Below, piece by piece: positions 49,301 to 58,949 of a DNA stretch of 64,000 nucleotides. Positions within the stretch are counted from its first letter, which is position 1. Every line of letters begins with the position of its first letter. This stretch comes from a virus. Lineage: Duplodnaviria; Caudoviricetes. A program made the translations under genes and the position numbers. Location of the stretch: positions 20,978-84,977 of the IMG/VR virus record IMGVR_UViG_3300028833_000120. One strand, given 5' to 3'. The notes beneath the pieces were generated by a model. That model searched no databases, had not been told where the DNA came from, and saw only the letters and a list, made by a program, of their open reading frames with translations.

Positions 49301-50696
49301 CTTTCTGTATCAACTCACGTTCTTTTGATTCAAGGTTTTCAAGTTGTTTTTTATAGTCTGAAAGTTTTGCAAGAGTGTCTGATTCATTGACATCTACTGT
49401 TATTGTTATTTTTATCTTTCTATACTTACCACCTTTTTTGTATGCTTCAGAACCATCGAAAGTAGACTTGCTGTTATCTATTGGGAGTGCCGTATATGAA
49501 CTATAATCAGATGGTTCTTCCGTCTTTATTGTACACGATGTGACTTTTACAGTAGAGGAATCAACAGATGAAACAATAGACTGAACATTGTCAGGATTCC
49601 TGTCATATTGTGAAATTGTTGTCTGCAACATGGAATCCAACGATGAAATCGTATTGACAATATTGTTATATTGTTCCAATGAATGTGAAGACCGGTTTCC
49701 GGTTGGTTTGAGATTTATGACAGCATTGTCCATTCTGTTAAGAAGTTCTTTCAACTTATTACGGACGGCTGTTTCGAAAGTTTCTTTGTTGGCGGATGTT
49801 GATTGGTTTTCAAGTGCTTTGATTTGCCTTCTTATTTTTGACATTTCGTCTTGCACACGTTTCAGTTCATTCTCTGCATTTTTCTTTTCGTTTTCAATCT
49901 GTCTGTGGGCAGCCTTGTTCTCTTCATTGTCTAAATATTCTTGAAGTTCAACCATTTGACCAGATAATAACGAAGCGTTCTCTTGTAAATCTTCTTTTGA
50001 AATATAATCCGAAATCGACTTGGTTTCAGAACCGTCACCAAGTGAGAAGTGTCCACCTTTGTCTTGTGATGAACCAAAGTCTTTCACTTGTTTATCAACC
50101 ATGTAAATATATTCAGTTGCACCGTATGGAAGTCCATCTACATATACATTATGTTGCATTCCATATCCTATCTCGGAATTGTTCGGAAATTTTTCTTTGG
50201 TGAGTATGGCAGATATATCATACGAATTGACAGAAGAACGAATCAATGCAGAATAGTTGTTTCTCAAACAGTTCTCAATTTCGTCAGCAATGTTTCTGAC
50301 AGAACTTCTATCGTCTGTTTTGGTTCTGCCTGATGCAATACCGTCATATTCTCCGATTGTATAGAACAAAGGAGAATTTAATTTGTCGATGGATAATGTG
50401 AAACCGGTAAAGATAGGGTCTTCTATGTCGGCATTTGAATTTCTGTATGAGAAATCATGTGAATACTGAGCACCCCAAAATCTTTCTCTGGCTTTATGAC
50501 CATTGGATGAAAACATAAATGTGTTGTCCAAATTTGAAAAACTTGGTCTGAAGTCTTCATCCAGCATATCTCTATGTGATTCATCAAGATTTATATTACC
50601 ATTAGGATTACTAACTGGTGATGGTTCATCTATATTTGCTGTAGGATGGACATAAGTACCATTTTTTTGGTCATTATATTTTATATCTTCTGCCAT
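46395..50696 (-). CDS. Large virion protein: tube/hub-like domain interrupted by a coiled coil, plus a long C-terminal repeat region
   Basis: 1433 aa. ITIYESLDLKV...RRFNCSVFVHD, with many LGNV/IGNIYP/GDVLPD repeats. Confidence 0.55.
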   Translation of the reverse strand: MAEDIKYNDQKNGTYVHPTANIDEPSPVSNPNGNINLDESHRDMLDEDFRPSFSNLDNTFMFSSNGHKARERFWGAQYSHDFSYRNSNADIEDPIFTGFTLSIDKLNSPLFYTIGEYDGIASGRTKTDDRSSVRNIADEIENCLRNNYSALIRSSVNSYDISAILTKEKFPNNSEIGYGMQHNVYVDGLPYGATEYIYMVDKQVKDFGSSQDKGGHFSLGDGSETKSISDYISKEDLQENASLLSGQMVELQEYLDNEENKAAHRQIENEKKNAENELKRVQDEMSKIRRQIKALENQSTSANKETFETAVRNKLKELLNRMDNAVINLKPTGNRSSHSLEQYNNIVNTISSLDSMLQTTISQYDRNPDNVQSIVSSVDSSTVKVTSCTIKTEEPSDYSSYTALPIDNSKSTFDGSEAYKKGGKYRKIKITITVDVNESDTLAKLSDYKKQLENLESKERELIQKVRETTAKYENDQYSQREKDLENVKNDLIDVNESISVIEDDIEIKYNGSRRASEDARLHTGDVSSGVEDDQTFQNSNKTTIPDAPQTVYDMLGFIRGMTRLTTEYPYLMQTITGLDEAYKNNYGVKDSFRGSIDNKISITIYESLDLKVSGMFNKYFNAVYDAQYRRERVPVNLRRFNCSVFVHDIRNFYKMTTSLGRAIRKSGQLNIPKIVEVALNSMSAIEFKFFGCEIIPEETGSIFENVSNADRGDMRMTNFTFSYSDCVINYLPFEDMKHNLLRNLSKGPHRPSVSISNRNAKKLDELKYPLGTKTYTMTSEKFDERKPKLNGLLNVNDNNRRIKVQENKIEFTGDLEGLDGHSTVPQQKSEHPETLFNKMNYMLNSPLGNVNLNDSAKERSSTQIDEPQLNGINSTVQDYMVSSIGNVNENDMLEKSIKDDREVPNMVGIISRTKGNKYSSLGNVNINDPLENTPKDDGSQNYEVVKHGYFDNSPLGNVNNDDYEEYRRLRLNRDRGIEMRDRYMEGIATHGAIESVNENLTESRKEFERLFKYLATSVAASVGQDRGNVYSAYLEEIEHIVFPGNNTSTVGAIDYNASPDTNNTTINLGVPQLDGVTSVIANGYVKRIGNVNDNDNLETVPMEHGSGVVINGVNTTMSNGIVTGLGDVLPDDNPSYIINTIDDVLPDDIPGPDITQLGNVYPPNGRTTIQGYIDDVLPDEPQVPPIDNIGNVYPPNTTPPIEGYIGDVLPDDPQVPNVTQIGNVYPTLTTPRRQRYIGDVLPDEPQVPNTTNIGNIYPNQQSSVNVSNLGDVLPDEPQVPNTTNIGNIYPTDGNSKNVSNLGDVLPNDPNRPIVEVIDNIYPQQSTPLVQGHIGDVTPDETTRPNVSQLGNIYPTDSRSHTQEYIGDVIQDDPNRPIVEEIENIYPNQGTQENIRNLGKLDTSEKIGNVLKKLDKLSEKKRVTKDVNDLGKV
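46480..47330 (-). repeat. 96-bp (32-aa) tandem coding repeats made of two ~16-aa subunits
   Basis: Identical 47-mers at 46825-46871 and 46921-46967. Alternating GNIYP and GDVLPDEP units. Confidence 0.8.
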
Positions 50697-50717
50697 TTTA
50701 TTTTTTCTTTGTATTAT

Positions 50718-52550
50718 TTATTCACTTCCACCATTGTCCATATTATTGAACCATGAACCGGTAGTGTTATCGAATCTATATTTTTCGTTTATTGCTCTCC
50801 TTGCAAGGTCATATTCTGATTTTAAGTTTGGTTTATATTCTATTCTATTTAAAACCAGTTCTGTTTGGAGGCGTTTTTTATTCTTGTTATATACTATTTT
50901 CATTTCTGTTACAACATACCAACCGGATAATGCTCTGTTAAATACACCTTTTAATGGGTCTTTTCTTTCACCCGATTCATCATCGAAGAAAAGAATGTCG
51001 TCGTTGTTTTCTTGGACCATTTCCTTATAATTTTCGTTCCAATATTCCCTTATTTCTCTTCCTTTTAACTTATTTGATGAGATTGGGTTTTTGTCGAAAA
51101 TATCAACCCATATTCTACTGAACTTTGTAATACTTGGATTGTAGTTCTGAAGACGAACATGGAGACCACATTTTTTCAAACATCTCATTTGAAAATCATT
51201 TTGGTATTTTGCAAAATAATAATGTTTGAAAGTGTTTGTTGTATCCACCTCTCCGACATTTACAAACGACTCCATTGAAGCGAGATTGTCCGGAGAACTC
51301 ATATCTGTATCAAGATACACATGGTTTGTTGTCTGTGTGAGATTTAATGGAATGTATGATGATTGTGACACCTCGTCCGGTAGTTCGGAAATCTGTTGAC
51401 CGTCACCATCACGTTCAAGATTGTCTATCGGTGCTATCACAAATTCACAATTTCTGCAACCCCAGTCACCTGTGTTTGAATCAGCATAGGCGAGATGTAT
51501 ACGATATCCGTCATTAAGAGAACTACTTCCGTTATTGACTTCTGAATAAACTTCTATGAAGTTCGTCCATCCTGAAAAATATTCGTTGTTAGTTAAAAAG
51601 TAATAGCTCACTTGTTGTTCTGTATTGAATAAATCATCGTGTCCATCTTTTATAACTATTTCGTTTTCTGTGAGTTTTTCTTTATTATCTGGTGGTTCAT
51701 TCTCTGGTCTTGACGCCTGCTGAATGTTTGAATATATTATTGCCGGTGTGTCGGTTTTTTCTCCACCATGTGAAAGAAGACTGTGACATTCTATGAAATT
51801 GAATACATAGTATTGGTCGATAAATGAGGTGAAGAATGAATATTGACTATAACAAGCATGATTTGCAATACTTTTCATAAAGTCAAGAAGTGTTTTGTTC
51901 TGCTCATTGTTCCACTGCATTTCATCTATGTTGTTGTCTTTTGTGAAGTTGGTTGCAAATCCAAGACCGGTGTATACTGAAAGGTTGAACAATGCTTGTC
52001 TTGCATTGGTTTTTGAATCACACCAAGACTCTTTCCTAGAACCACCTGGTACAGAAAGTGTTCCTGTTATCTTATATTTTAGAACACCACCTGTGTTCTG
52101 TGTTGCACCTGGATTTCCACTTCTGTTTATACTTGTGATTATGAAGTCTTGACGTATTGGTTTATAATACATTTCGTCACCATATCCACCTATATATATC
52201 TGTACGGTACTACCTTCTTTCGGAAACGCTGTCGAAAGAAATGTATTGTCCATGTCATAAAATTCAACCATCATTGTAGGCAAGAATGAAGAGTAGTCCA
52301 AATTAAAATTAACAAGACTCGTTTGTGGAATCCTGTATTCGTTAATTGTGACCAAAGGGAGTCTGAACGATATTCTTTCAGGATAGTTGTTTGGTCCCTT
52401 GTGTTCCAATTCACTTATGTTCATCTGTGTCACAGCCAATGATGGTTCAATTAATTGTGCAGTAGATATTTCTCCACCATTTATGTTTATGTAATTACTG
52501 TTCAAATCCCCGACGGGAAAAATCTTACTTATAACTTCTTGGTCTGTCAT
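50718..52550 (-). CDS. Probable baseplate hub protein (gp27-like)
   Basis: 610 aa with C-terminal LSGWYVVTEMKIVY, typical of hub proteins. Context supports the call. Confidence 0.5.
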   Translation of the reverse strand: MTDQEVISKIFPVGDLNSNYININGGEISTAQLIEPSLAVTQMNISELEHKGPNNYPERISFRLPLVTINEYRIPQTSLVNFNLDYSSFLPTMMVEFYDMDNTFLSTAFPKEGSTVQIYIGGYGDEMYYKPIRQDFIITSINRSGNPGATQNTGGVLKYKITGTLSVPGGSRKESWCDSKTNARQALFNLSVYTGLGFATNFTKDNNIDEMQWNNEQNKTLLDFMKSIANHACYSQYSFFTSFIDQYYVFNFIECHSLLSHGGEKTDTPAIIYSNIQQASRPENEPPDNKEKLTENEIVIKDGHDDLFNTEQQVSYYFLTNNEYFSGWTNFIEVYSEVNNGSSSLNDGYRIHLAYADSNTGDWGCRNCEFVIAPIDNLERDGDGQQISELPDEVSQSSYIPLNLTQTTNHVYLDTDMSSPDNLASMESFVNVGEVDTTNTFKHYYFAKYQNDFQMRCLKKCGLHVRLQNYNPSITKFSRIWVDIFDKNPISSNKLKGREIREYWNENYKEMVQENNDDILFFDDESGERKDPLKGVFNRALSGWYVVTEMKIVYNKNKKRLQTELVLNRIEYKPNLKSEYDLARRAINEKYRFDNTTGSWFNNMDNGGSE

Positions 52551-54883
52551 TATCTTACTCTGTATCTTTGTCCTTCAACTATAACATAGTCTCCGGATTT
52601 AATTCCAAAATCATTGACAAAAACTCTTCTTCCATCTTCGAGTTCCACCAATGTTCCATTTTCTGTTGTCATAATTGGACTTACAACATCATCGTGATTG
52701 TCTATATCAACTCCATCAATTCCTCTGTCAAGACTATCGTCGGTTGGTTCTGTTGTCCATTTTGTGTACCAGTAGAAAGCATCGTATGCCTTTGGTTTGT
52801 ATTCAACTTTTCCATCGATTGTCATTCCATAATGAAGTTTGAATACATTTTTGGACTTCAACATATTGACTCCACCTTTTTTTCTATTACCGGTTTTTGC
52901 TGCTCTCTTCATAATCATACGAGAAAAAAACCGTTTAAGTTTTTGATTACTTGCATACTTGTTGTCAATATTTTCATAATAGTAAATCCAACCTTTAAAA
53001 TCAGTACCATCTTCATTTAAAATAGGAGATTTGTATGCACAGATTTCATTTCCACGTTCTTCTAACTCATCGATTCTTTCTTGTAATTTTTCCGCCTTTT
53101 TCTTTTGTTTGTCTTCATTTATTTCAGATACTTGTGTCTCTAATGCTTCCATCTGTTGCTCATAACTGTCAGTCTCATTATAGTATATTGGAGATAAAGT
53201 ATTCTCTATTAGTTCTTTACCTTCGAGACATTTTCCAGTAAATAGTTCAATTATAGAATCTATAAAGTCAAGTAACCATTTGATATTCAATATATCAATA
53301 ATTTTTTCCTTTATAATTTTTGCACTATTTAGTCCATTGAGCATTATTTTAACGAGATTGTCTATCTGTTTAATGATGTCTATACCGAAGTTTATAACTC
53401 TTCTTAATTCGTTGAATATCACTTTTGCACATTCAAACCATCTTAAAACTTTATACAATGGGTTGTCGAAACAAGGACCAAGTGATGTGGGACATGGAAT
53501 TTGTGCAATCGTTACTGAGATAGTTACGGTTAAGTTTTTAAGGGTTTCTTTGATTGAATCACAATCCATTTCTATAGCATCACAACAATCGTCGATATAT
53601 TTTGAACCACTCATCTTATTCGGGTCTCCTGTGAAAAATTCCTTTATTTCAAATATGGATTGCTTATATTGGTTTTCCATAATTGTCCATTCATCTTTAA
53701 TGTTCATTCCGAACATCTTGATGTCTTGTTCAAATCGTTTAAGTTCAACAAGTGCAGTCTCTTTCATCTTCTGTGCCATTTTGGCTTTCTTAGCCTGTAG
53801 TTTAGCCTTTCTAATATCTTTGGCGACACTTCTTTTTGCAATCTTTTCTTCTTCTGTAAGAGATTGCATACTTTTTCTTCTTTCTTGTGCAGAAGATTTT
53901 CTTTTTTCTCTGAGTATTGCTCTTATTTTCTTTTTGTCCCCTTCGGCTTCTTCCACGATTCTCTTATACTCATCAGACTCTTTGAACTCTCTTGTTTTTT
54001 CTGATATTGTATTATGGGTGTCGTCTAGTTTTGCTTTACCAAAAGCTAGAACCGTATCAAGATTAAGATATGGTAACTTATCTATACCGGCAACAATAAG
54101 ACCTATCTGAGTTGCAAATCCAATGAAACCTGTTGTTATTTTTCCAATGTTGAAATTTCTTGCAATGGTTGAAACTGTATCTGTTGCAACTGAAGCAAGT
54201 TCTCCACCCATAGAACCATCTCTACTTGATTCTGAAATCATATCAAGTTGTTTTGTGGTATCTTCTTTTACCATATATTCACTGAATGCTTCGTTCAAAT
54301 AGTCGTTGGTTTTTTTCATTGTATCGTTTATCGTATCAATAACGGGTTGTAGTTTGCTTTTGACTCCTTTATTTAACTCATTTCCATTATCAACAATGTT
54401 ATTAACACTATTTGAAATATCGTTCAATCCCTCGTGTATATCTTCCACACTATCTTCAAGAAGATGTGATGCATCATTTGAATCAATGGCGGCATCTTCC
54501 AACAATCCTGTTGTACTTGTTGTCAAATAGTCTATGTTGTCGGTTGCATGGTGCAGGGCGTTTACCATACCTTGTGTTGCATCAGTGGCTACATTGGCAT
54601 AATTGGTGAGTGTTCCCATGATGTTATTCACACTTCCTTCTAAAAAGTCTGATGGAAAATTTGTATATGCTTCTAGTATAATGTTTATACGTTCCGAAAA
54701 ATCCTTAATTTTACATAATAGAATAGTTACCTCATCAATAACTTGTGAAGCAAATTCTTCTGGACTTGGAATAAGAACGACACTTTTGGCAATCTGATTC
54801 ATATATGCCATCCTTTTGATTGCCGTCCTTACACTTGGTTTTATATACTTTCCACCCTTACTTTTATTTTCTACTGTTTCCAT
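52550..54883 (-). CDS. Helical hypothetical virion protein
   Basis: 777-aa ORF coupled to its neighbours in a late operon. Confidence 0.55.
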   Translation of the reverse strand: METVENKSKGGKYIKPSVRTAIKRMAYMNQIAKSVVLIPSPEEFASQVIDEVTILLCKIKDFSERINIILEAYTNFPSDFLEGSVNNIMGTLTNYANVATDATQGMVNALHHATDNIDYLTTSTTGLLEDAAIDSNDASHLLEDSVEDIHEGLNDISNSVNNIVDNGNELNKGVKSKLQPVIDTINDTMKKTNDYLNEAFSEYMVKEDTTKQLDMISESSRDGSMGGELASVATDTVSTIARNFNIGKITTGFIGFATQIGLIVAGIDKLPYLNLDTVLAFGKAKLDDTHNTISEKTREFKESDEYKRIVEEAEGDKKKIRAILREKRKSSAQERRKSMQSLTEEEKIAKRSVAKDIRKAKLQAKKAKMAQKMKETALVELKRFEQDIKMFGMNIKDEWTIMENQYKQSIFEIKEFFTGDPNKMSGSKYIDDCCDAIEMDCDSIKETLKNLTVTISVTIAQIPCPTSLGPCFDNPLYKVLRWFECAKVIFNELRRVINFGIDIIKQIDNLVKIMLNGLNSAKIIKEKIIDILNIKWLLDFIDSIIELFTGKCLEGKELIENTLSPIYYNETDSYEQQMEALETQVSEINEDKQKKKAEKLQERIDELEERGNEICAYKSPILNEDGTDFKGWIYYYENIDNKYASNQKLKRFFSRMIMKRAAKTGNRKKGGVNMLKSKNVFKLHYGMTIDGKVEYKPKAYDAFYWYTKWTTEPTDDSLDRGIDGVDIDNHDDVVSPIMTTENGTLVELEDGRRVFVNDFGIKSGDYVIVEGQRYRVR

Positions 54884-54886
54884 TTT

Positions 54887-56821
54887 TTAACTCCATTTGT
54901 AATTTACAAGTAACTCATTCTTTGCATTATCGACAATGAGTGTGTTGTGTGTGTCATCAATTATAAATTGACTTAGTATAACGTTATGTAATTCTTCCTC
55001 ACATAATTTGTTCCAAAGTCTAAAGTTGGTGATGTTATGTCTAGAAGATATTAAGTCATAGTAACACGTTTCTCCAAAATCAAATGAACCGGTGTCATTT
55101 GAACTTACTCCAACCAACTTGAATACTGATTTTGTGTTTTCAAGTTTTTCAGAACCGGAGACATCATACAACCATATATTTGAATGTCCTTTGTTCATTC
55201 CAAGTAAAACAACATACCATTTATCTTCAAAACCATCGAAATCAAATGAGTACATAAATCTCTCATCGTTCAACGTCATAAGTATTTGTGTAGGTGTTTG
55301 TTTTAATACTAATGTATTATTCTCACCATTAAATCTCAATATCTCATTCACATCGTGTGCAATAACTTTTGAACAATTTATTACTGAACAATTTGAATCA
55401 AAAGTTCCTTCAACATCAACAATGTTTTTTGCTTTATTGACACTTGTTATCATCCTATATCCGTCAGCACTTCCGGATTTTGTTATTTTCAAATAATTTC
55501 CGACGACTATATTGTTGTCCCATCCATTTAATGTGAGACGGATATTCCCTTCTCCGTTATCTGAAATAGACTTTATCAAAATGTTGTTTGATATGTTTTT
55601 ATCCGTGAATCTTGGTCGTAGTAAGAAACTAACCATTCTTTGGTTATCACTTGAAAATCCTTCGGTGTATTTGTATTCTACCGCCACTTTTCCTTTATCG
55701 ATAGTTGTCATATCATAGAATCTGTCTGCAACCATAGTGTAGTCGTTAAATACTTTTTCTTCAACAATTCGGAGATTTACATCAAGTTTTCTTCTCAACC
55801 AGTCTTGTCCTTCAGCCAAATCACCAAGGTCGTTCAATTGGTTGTCTTTTCTGTTATCTGCATATTCTTCTTTAATTTCTTCCTCAAATTTTCCTTCCGC
55901 TGAGAAAATAAGTGTATTGGTATCTTCTTTTAATTCTTCATCTGCAAATCCGACAGAAGACATCTGTTCGTAAGGTGTCAAGGAAACTCTCCAATATGTC
56001 CCTAAATAACCGAAATCATCAGGTTCGGATACAGAATCCACTCTGTACATTTTATTCATGTAGGATTGAAAATAGAGGTAGTCGTGAGGGTCTGGATGTG
56101 TACCTTCACCGAACACATTCCAAAATTCCTGTTTTACGATATGAACCTCGAATTGGACAGGGTAATCCATCATCATAGAGTTGAACTGAATTTCCCTTGT
56201 TGGAAGTTGATTGTCTGGAATAAGAACCTTCACGTTCTTTTTATCGACAACATTCTCGAGACTATACTCTTTCAATACAACGTCACGAGACCTTTTGTCC
56301 GCTTCTGTTTTGAAATATAGACAACAGATACCAAACATATTACTTACCAACTTACACATCTGTTGGTATATTGAAAGTGAATTTCCAAGTGCATAAGGAT
56401 TAAACAAATTCTTACCGTCACCACATCCACAGTCATATACAATCTGAGGTTTACAACAGTTTCCACCGGTACCTTGTCCAGCTGGTGTGTTCCAATAACA
56501 TGCCGGTATAGGTGATTGGATGTTGTTCATATATTCAACATCGAGTGTTATTGATTCGACACTCAGTTCTACATCATCTGAACCTATCTTTGTAAACTTG
56601 TATTGTATATATAAAATTGGGGAGACACTTATCTTTGATAAGTTTTTATTTGTAAGTTCCTTATAATCTGACCAAAGAATTTTATCAACGGAATATCTGA
56701 ACTCTTTTTTATAGTAGTTGTTTTCGTCTTCGTTTTTCACAATACAATCAAATCCAGATATACTTTTGATGTCCTTATATTCTATCACATTGGATGTGAT
56801 ATAGTTTTTTTCATCCATCAC
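54887..56821 (-). CDS. Neck protein (gp14-like) with added domains
   Basis: CLYFK...DVVLKEY...FEVHI...FG..P...DYLYF...KMYRV. CATAAATA upstream near 56841-56848. Confidence 0.55.
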   Translation of the reverse strand: MMDEKNYITSNVIEYKDIKSISGFDCIVKNEDENNYYKKEFRYSVDKILWSDYKELTNKNLSKISVSPILYIQYKFTKIGSDDVELSVESITLDVEYMNNIQSPIPACYWNTPAGQGTGGNCCKPQIVYDCGCGDGKNLFNPYALGNSLSIYQQMCKLVSNMFGICCLYFKTEADKRSRDVVLKEYSLENVVDKKNVKVLIPDNQLPTREIQFNSMMMDYPVQFEVHIVKQEFWNVFGEGTHPDPHDYLYFQSYMNKMYRVDSVSEPDDFGYLGTYWRVSLTPYEQMSSVGFADEELKEDTNTLIFSAEGKFEEEIKEEYADNRKDNQLNDLGDLAEGQDWLRRKLDVNLRIVEEKVFNDYTMVADRFYDMTTIDKGKVAVEYKYTEGFSSDNQRMVSFLLRPRFTDKNISNNILIKSISDNGEGNIRLTLNGWDNNIVVGNYLKITKSGSADGYRMITSVNKAKNIVDVEGTFDSNCSVINCSKVIAHDVNEILRFNGENNTLVLKQTPTQILMTLNDERFMYSFDFDGFEDKWYVVLLGMNKGHSNIWLYDVSGSEKLENTKSVFKLVGVSSNDTGSFDFGETCYYDLISSRHNITNFRLWNKLCEEELHNVILSQFIIDDTHNTLIVDNAKNELLVNYKWS

Positions 56822-56852
56822 ATAATGCTGTTATATATGGTATTTATGTATA

Positions 56853-56884
56853 AAAAAAGGACAACGACTATTCGTTGTCCTTTC
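56853..56884 (-). terminator. Intrinsic terminator
   Basis: aaaaggacaacga-ctat-tcgttgtcctttt. Confidence 0.75.
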
Positions 56885-56888
56885 AATT

Positions 56889-57428
56889 TTATATATCGAG
56901 TTTTAAATTGTATTTTTCAAAAACATCACCGAAACCGATTGAATTTATTCTCTTATAGAACATTTCTTTTTGGTTTTCGAAAATAGGTTGGTTGGCGAGA
57001 AAACTTCTATTGCATAATGTAAACAATCTTTTGTAATGATAGTTTATGATGTATTTTACAAACCTATTATATAAATCATACAATCCTTCTTTGTCTAGTG
57101 TTATGAACACATCTTCGATAAAAAAAGTTTTTTTATCCAAAAATGCAAGTAGGTCTCCCATACCTTTAAATCCTTCCATTTCCGTTTTTTTGATGAGTTG
57201 CATTTTTTCAGTTCTCAGATTACATGAAACTTTAAACCCTATTAAATGTTCTTTCAACAAGTCAAAATCAGTTTCATATATGTCTTTGATTTTGACTTTA
57301 TATGTTGTTCTTTCGTTAAAAGTGTGTTTTTCAAGTATGATTATTTTTATCGGGAGTAGAAATTCTGGGTCTGTTACTGAATTAAGAATTGCATAACATT
57401 CAGTACCGATATTAAACGTTCTAACCAT
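56889..57428 (-). CDS. Hypothetical protein
   Basis: 179-aa ORF overlapping the upstream gene. Confidence 0.6.
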   Translation of the reverse strand: MVRTFNIGTECYAILNSVTDPEFLLPIKIIILEKHTFNERTTYKVKIKDIYETDFDLLKEHLIGFKVSCNLRTEKMQLIKKTEMEGFKGMGDLLAFLDKKTFFIEDVFITLDKEGLYDLYNRFVKYIINYHYKRLFTLCNRSFLANQPIFENQKEMFYKRINSIGFGDVFEKYNLKLDI

Positions 57429-58143
57429 TTACTTTTTCTTTAAGTTCTTCGAATTTACTTTCCATATCTTTTTTAGATGATGAAACTCCATTTCTACCAT
57501 AATTCTCAAGTTCTTTCAATTCTTTATCTGACAATACAAAACCATCAAGTTCTCTTGGTTGTTTTTTACTAGTGAGTTTCTTCACTTCCTTTTTTTCATC
57601 TTCGTCAAATTCTTCTTCGTCAAGTTCTTTTTCTGTTATTACATTTGGTTTTGGTGTGTCTGTTTTTTCAACTTTTATTTCTTCTTTTTTTTCTTCTTCT
57701 TGTTGCTCGTTGCTGTTTAGATAATCGGTGAGACATTTTATGAAACCAAGTGCAATCAATGGGAGTATGGCACCTGATATACCGGCAATAATTCTTTTTT
57801 GGTCAATCGGTTCCATTTCTGTGAGTCCGAACAATTCTGACCAACTAATATATTCTCCTAGTCCGACATATGCAGCGTATGTGTTCGCCATACACTGGAA
57901 TAATGTCAAGATGACGAACATAATCCATACTATGTCAAACCCTTTTTTTCTTCTTGTCAATGCACCGAATAAACATGCCATCTGACCGATTTCAAATGAG
58001 CAAGCGAGTACGGTACTCATCCAACCTTGGTGTGCAAGGTTGAAGAAGTGAATACTTGAAATAAGACTCACTATAGCCACGATGACGTATAACAACAGGT
58101 ATGAACCCATTGTTGAATATTTAATAATCTTCTCTTTATTCAT
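57421..58143 (-). CDS. Late membrane protein with about four TM helices and a charged tail (possibly lysis-related)
   Basis: Four hydrophobic segments. CATAAATA upstream near 58164-58171. Confidence 0.55.
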   Translation of the reverse strand: MNKEKIIKYSTMGSYLLLYVIVAIVSLISSIHFFNLAHQGWMSTVLACSFEIGQMACLFGALTRRKKGFDIVWIMFVILTLFQCMANTYAAYVGLGEYISWSELFGLTEMEPIDQKRIIAGISGAILPLIALGFIKCLTDYLNSNEQQEEEKKEEIKVEKTDTPKPNVITEKELDEEEFDEDEKKEVKKLTSKKQPRELDGFVLSDKELKELENYGRNGVSSSKKDMESKFEELKEKVNG

Positions 58144-58172
58144 ATACTATTTTCATATTTTTTTATTTATGG

Positions 58173-58199
58173 AAAAAGGTGGTCTTTTGACCACCTTTT
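58173..58199 (-). terminator. Intrinsic terminator
   Basis: aaaaggtggtc-tttt-gaccacctttt. Confidence 0.75.
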
Positions 58200-58208
58200 C
58201 TTGTTTTG

Positions 58209-58850
58209 TTACCCGTTCATTTCTTTCTGACAAAAAATTGATAACCTTTCAAATGCATCGCTGTAAATTTTTTTTACAACAGGTAGTGGTACTTCAAGTT
58301 CATCGGCCATGAATTGAAAGTTGTTATGTTTCAATTCTTTGTATTCATCTAGTTTAAGTTTTATCTTGATAGTTTTCTGACCGGCTGGACTAAGGGTTTT
58401 TATTCCTTTTCTAATAATCTCGTCCCTTTCGTTCTTGAAAGCGTCGTTTGAACATTCACCAAGATTATCATAGTCTTCAATATCAATACTTTGATAAGAT
58501 ATATCAGTACCTTCTTTTGCTTCACTTCCTTTTCTAAATCCTTTTTGGTGATTCACTGGAACATGTACGAGGTTGGTCTGTCTATTTACAAAGTTCATCA
58601 TTTCTCCTCGTACAAACATAGAACATGCTTTTACAAATGAATCGTGTTTTGTTGGGTCAAATTTTTTCTCGACTTTTTTCATGGCTTCTGTCCCGACTGC
58701 TATCAAGTCGTTCTCATCTGCTCCGGTTTCTTTGGCAACATTTATTGCAACCTTTACCACATATAAAAGGTTCTGGGTGGTTAAATCACCACCGTGTATT
58801 TTTGCCTGCTCGACGGCTTTTCCAATTTCTTCATAATATCTAGAATCCAT
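58209..58850 (-). CDS. Sigma70-family RNA polymerase sigma factor
   Basis: Region 2 NLLYVVKVA...DLIAVG..AMKK...KFDP...FVRGEM, then VHVP and a region 4-like HTH FQFMADELEV. Confidence 0.75.
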   Translation of the reverse strand: MDSRYYEEIGKAVEQAKIHGGDLTTQNLLYVVKVAINVAKETGADENDLIAVGTEAMKKVEKKFDPTKHDSFVKACSMFVRGEMMNFVNRQTNLVHVPVNHQKGFRKGSEAKEGTDISYQSIDIEDYDNLGECSNDAFKNERDEIIRKGIKTLSPAGQKTIKIKLKLDEYKELKHNNFQFMADELEVPLPVVKKIYSDAFERLSIFCQKEMNG

Positions 58851-58949
58851 TTAAACTATTTTAACTTGTATAACTTTAAAACTTATTTGAAATTTTGGTT
58901 TTGAAATATCTATAAAGATACTATTTTTTCTATTAAAAAAATTAAAATA

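Noticed and set aside
53280-54110. 276-aa plus-strand ORF and the many other short opposite-strand ORFs
   Set aside because: They are fully nested antisense to well-supported genes and are Ser/Phe/Ile-rich shadow translations.
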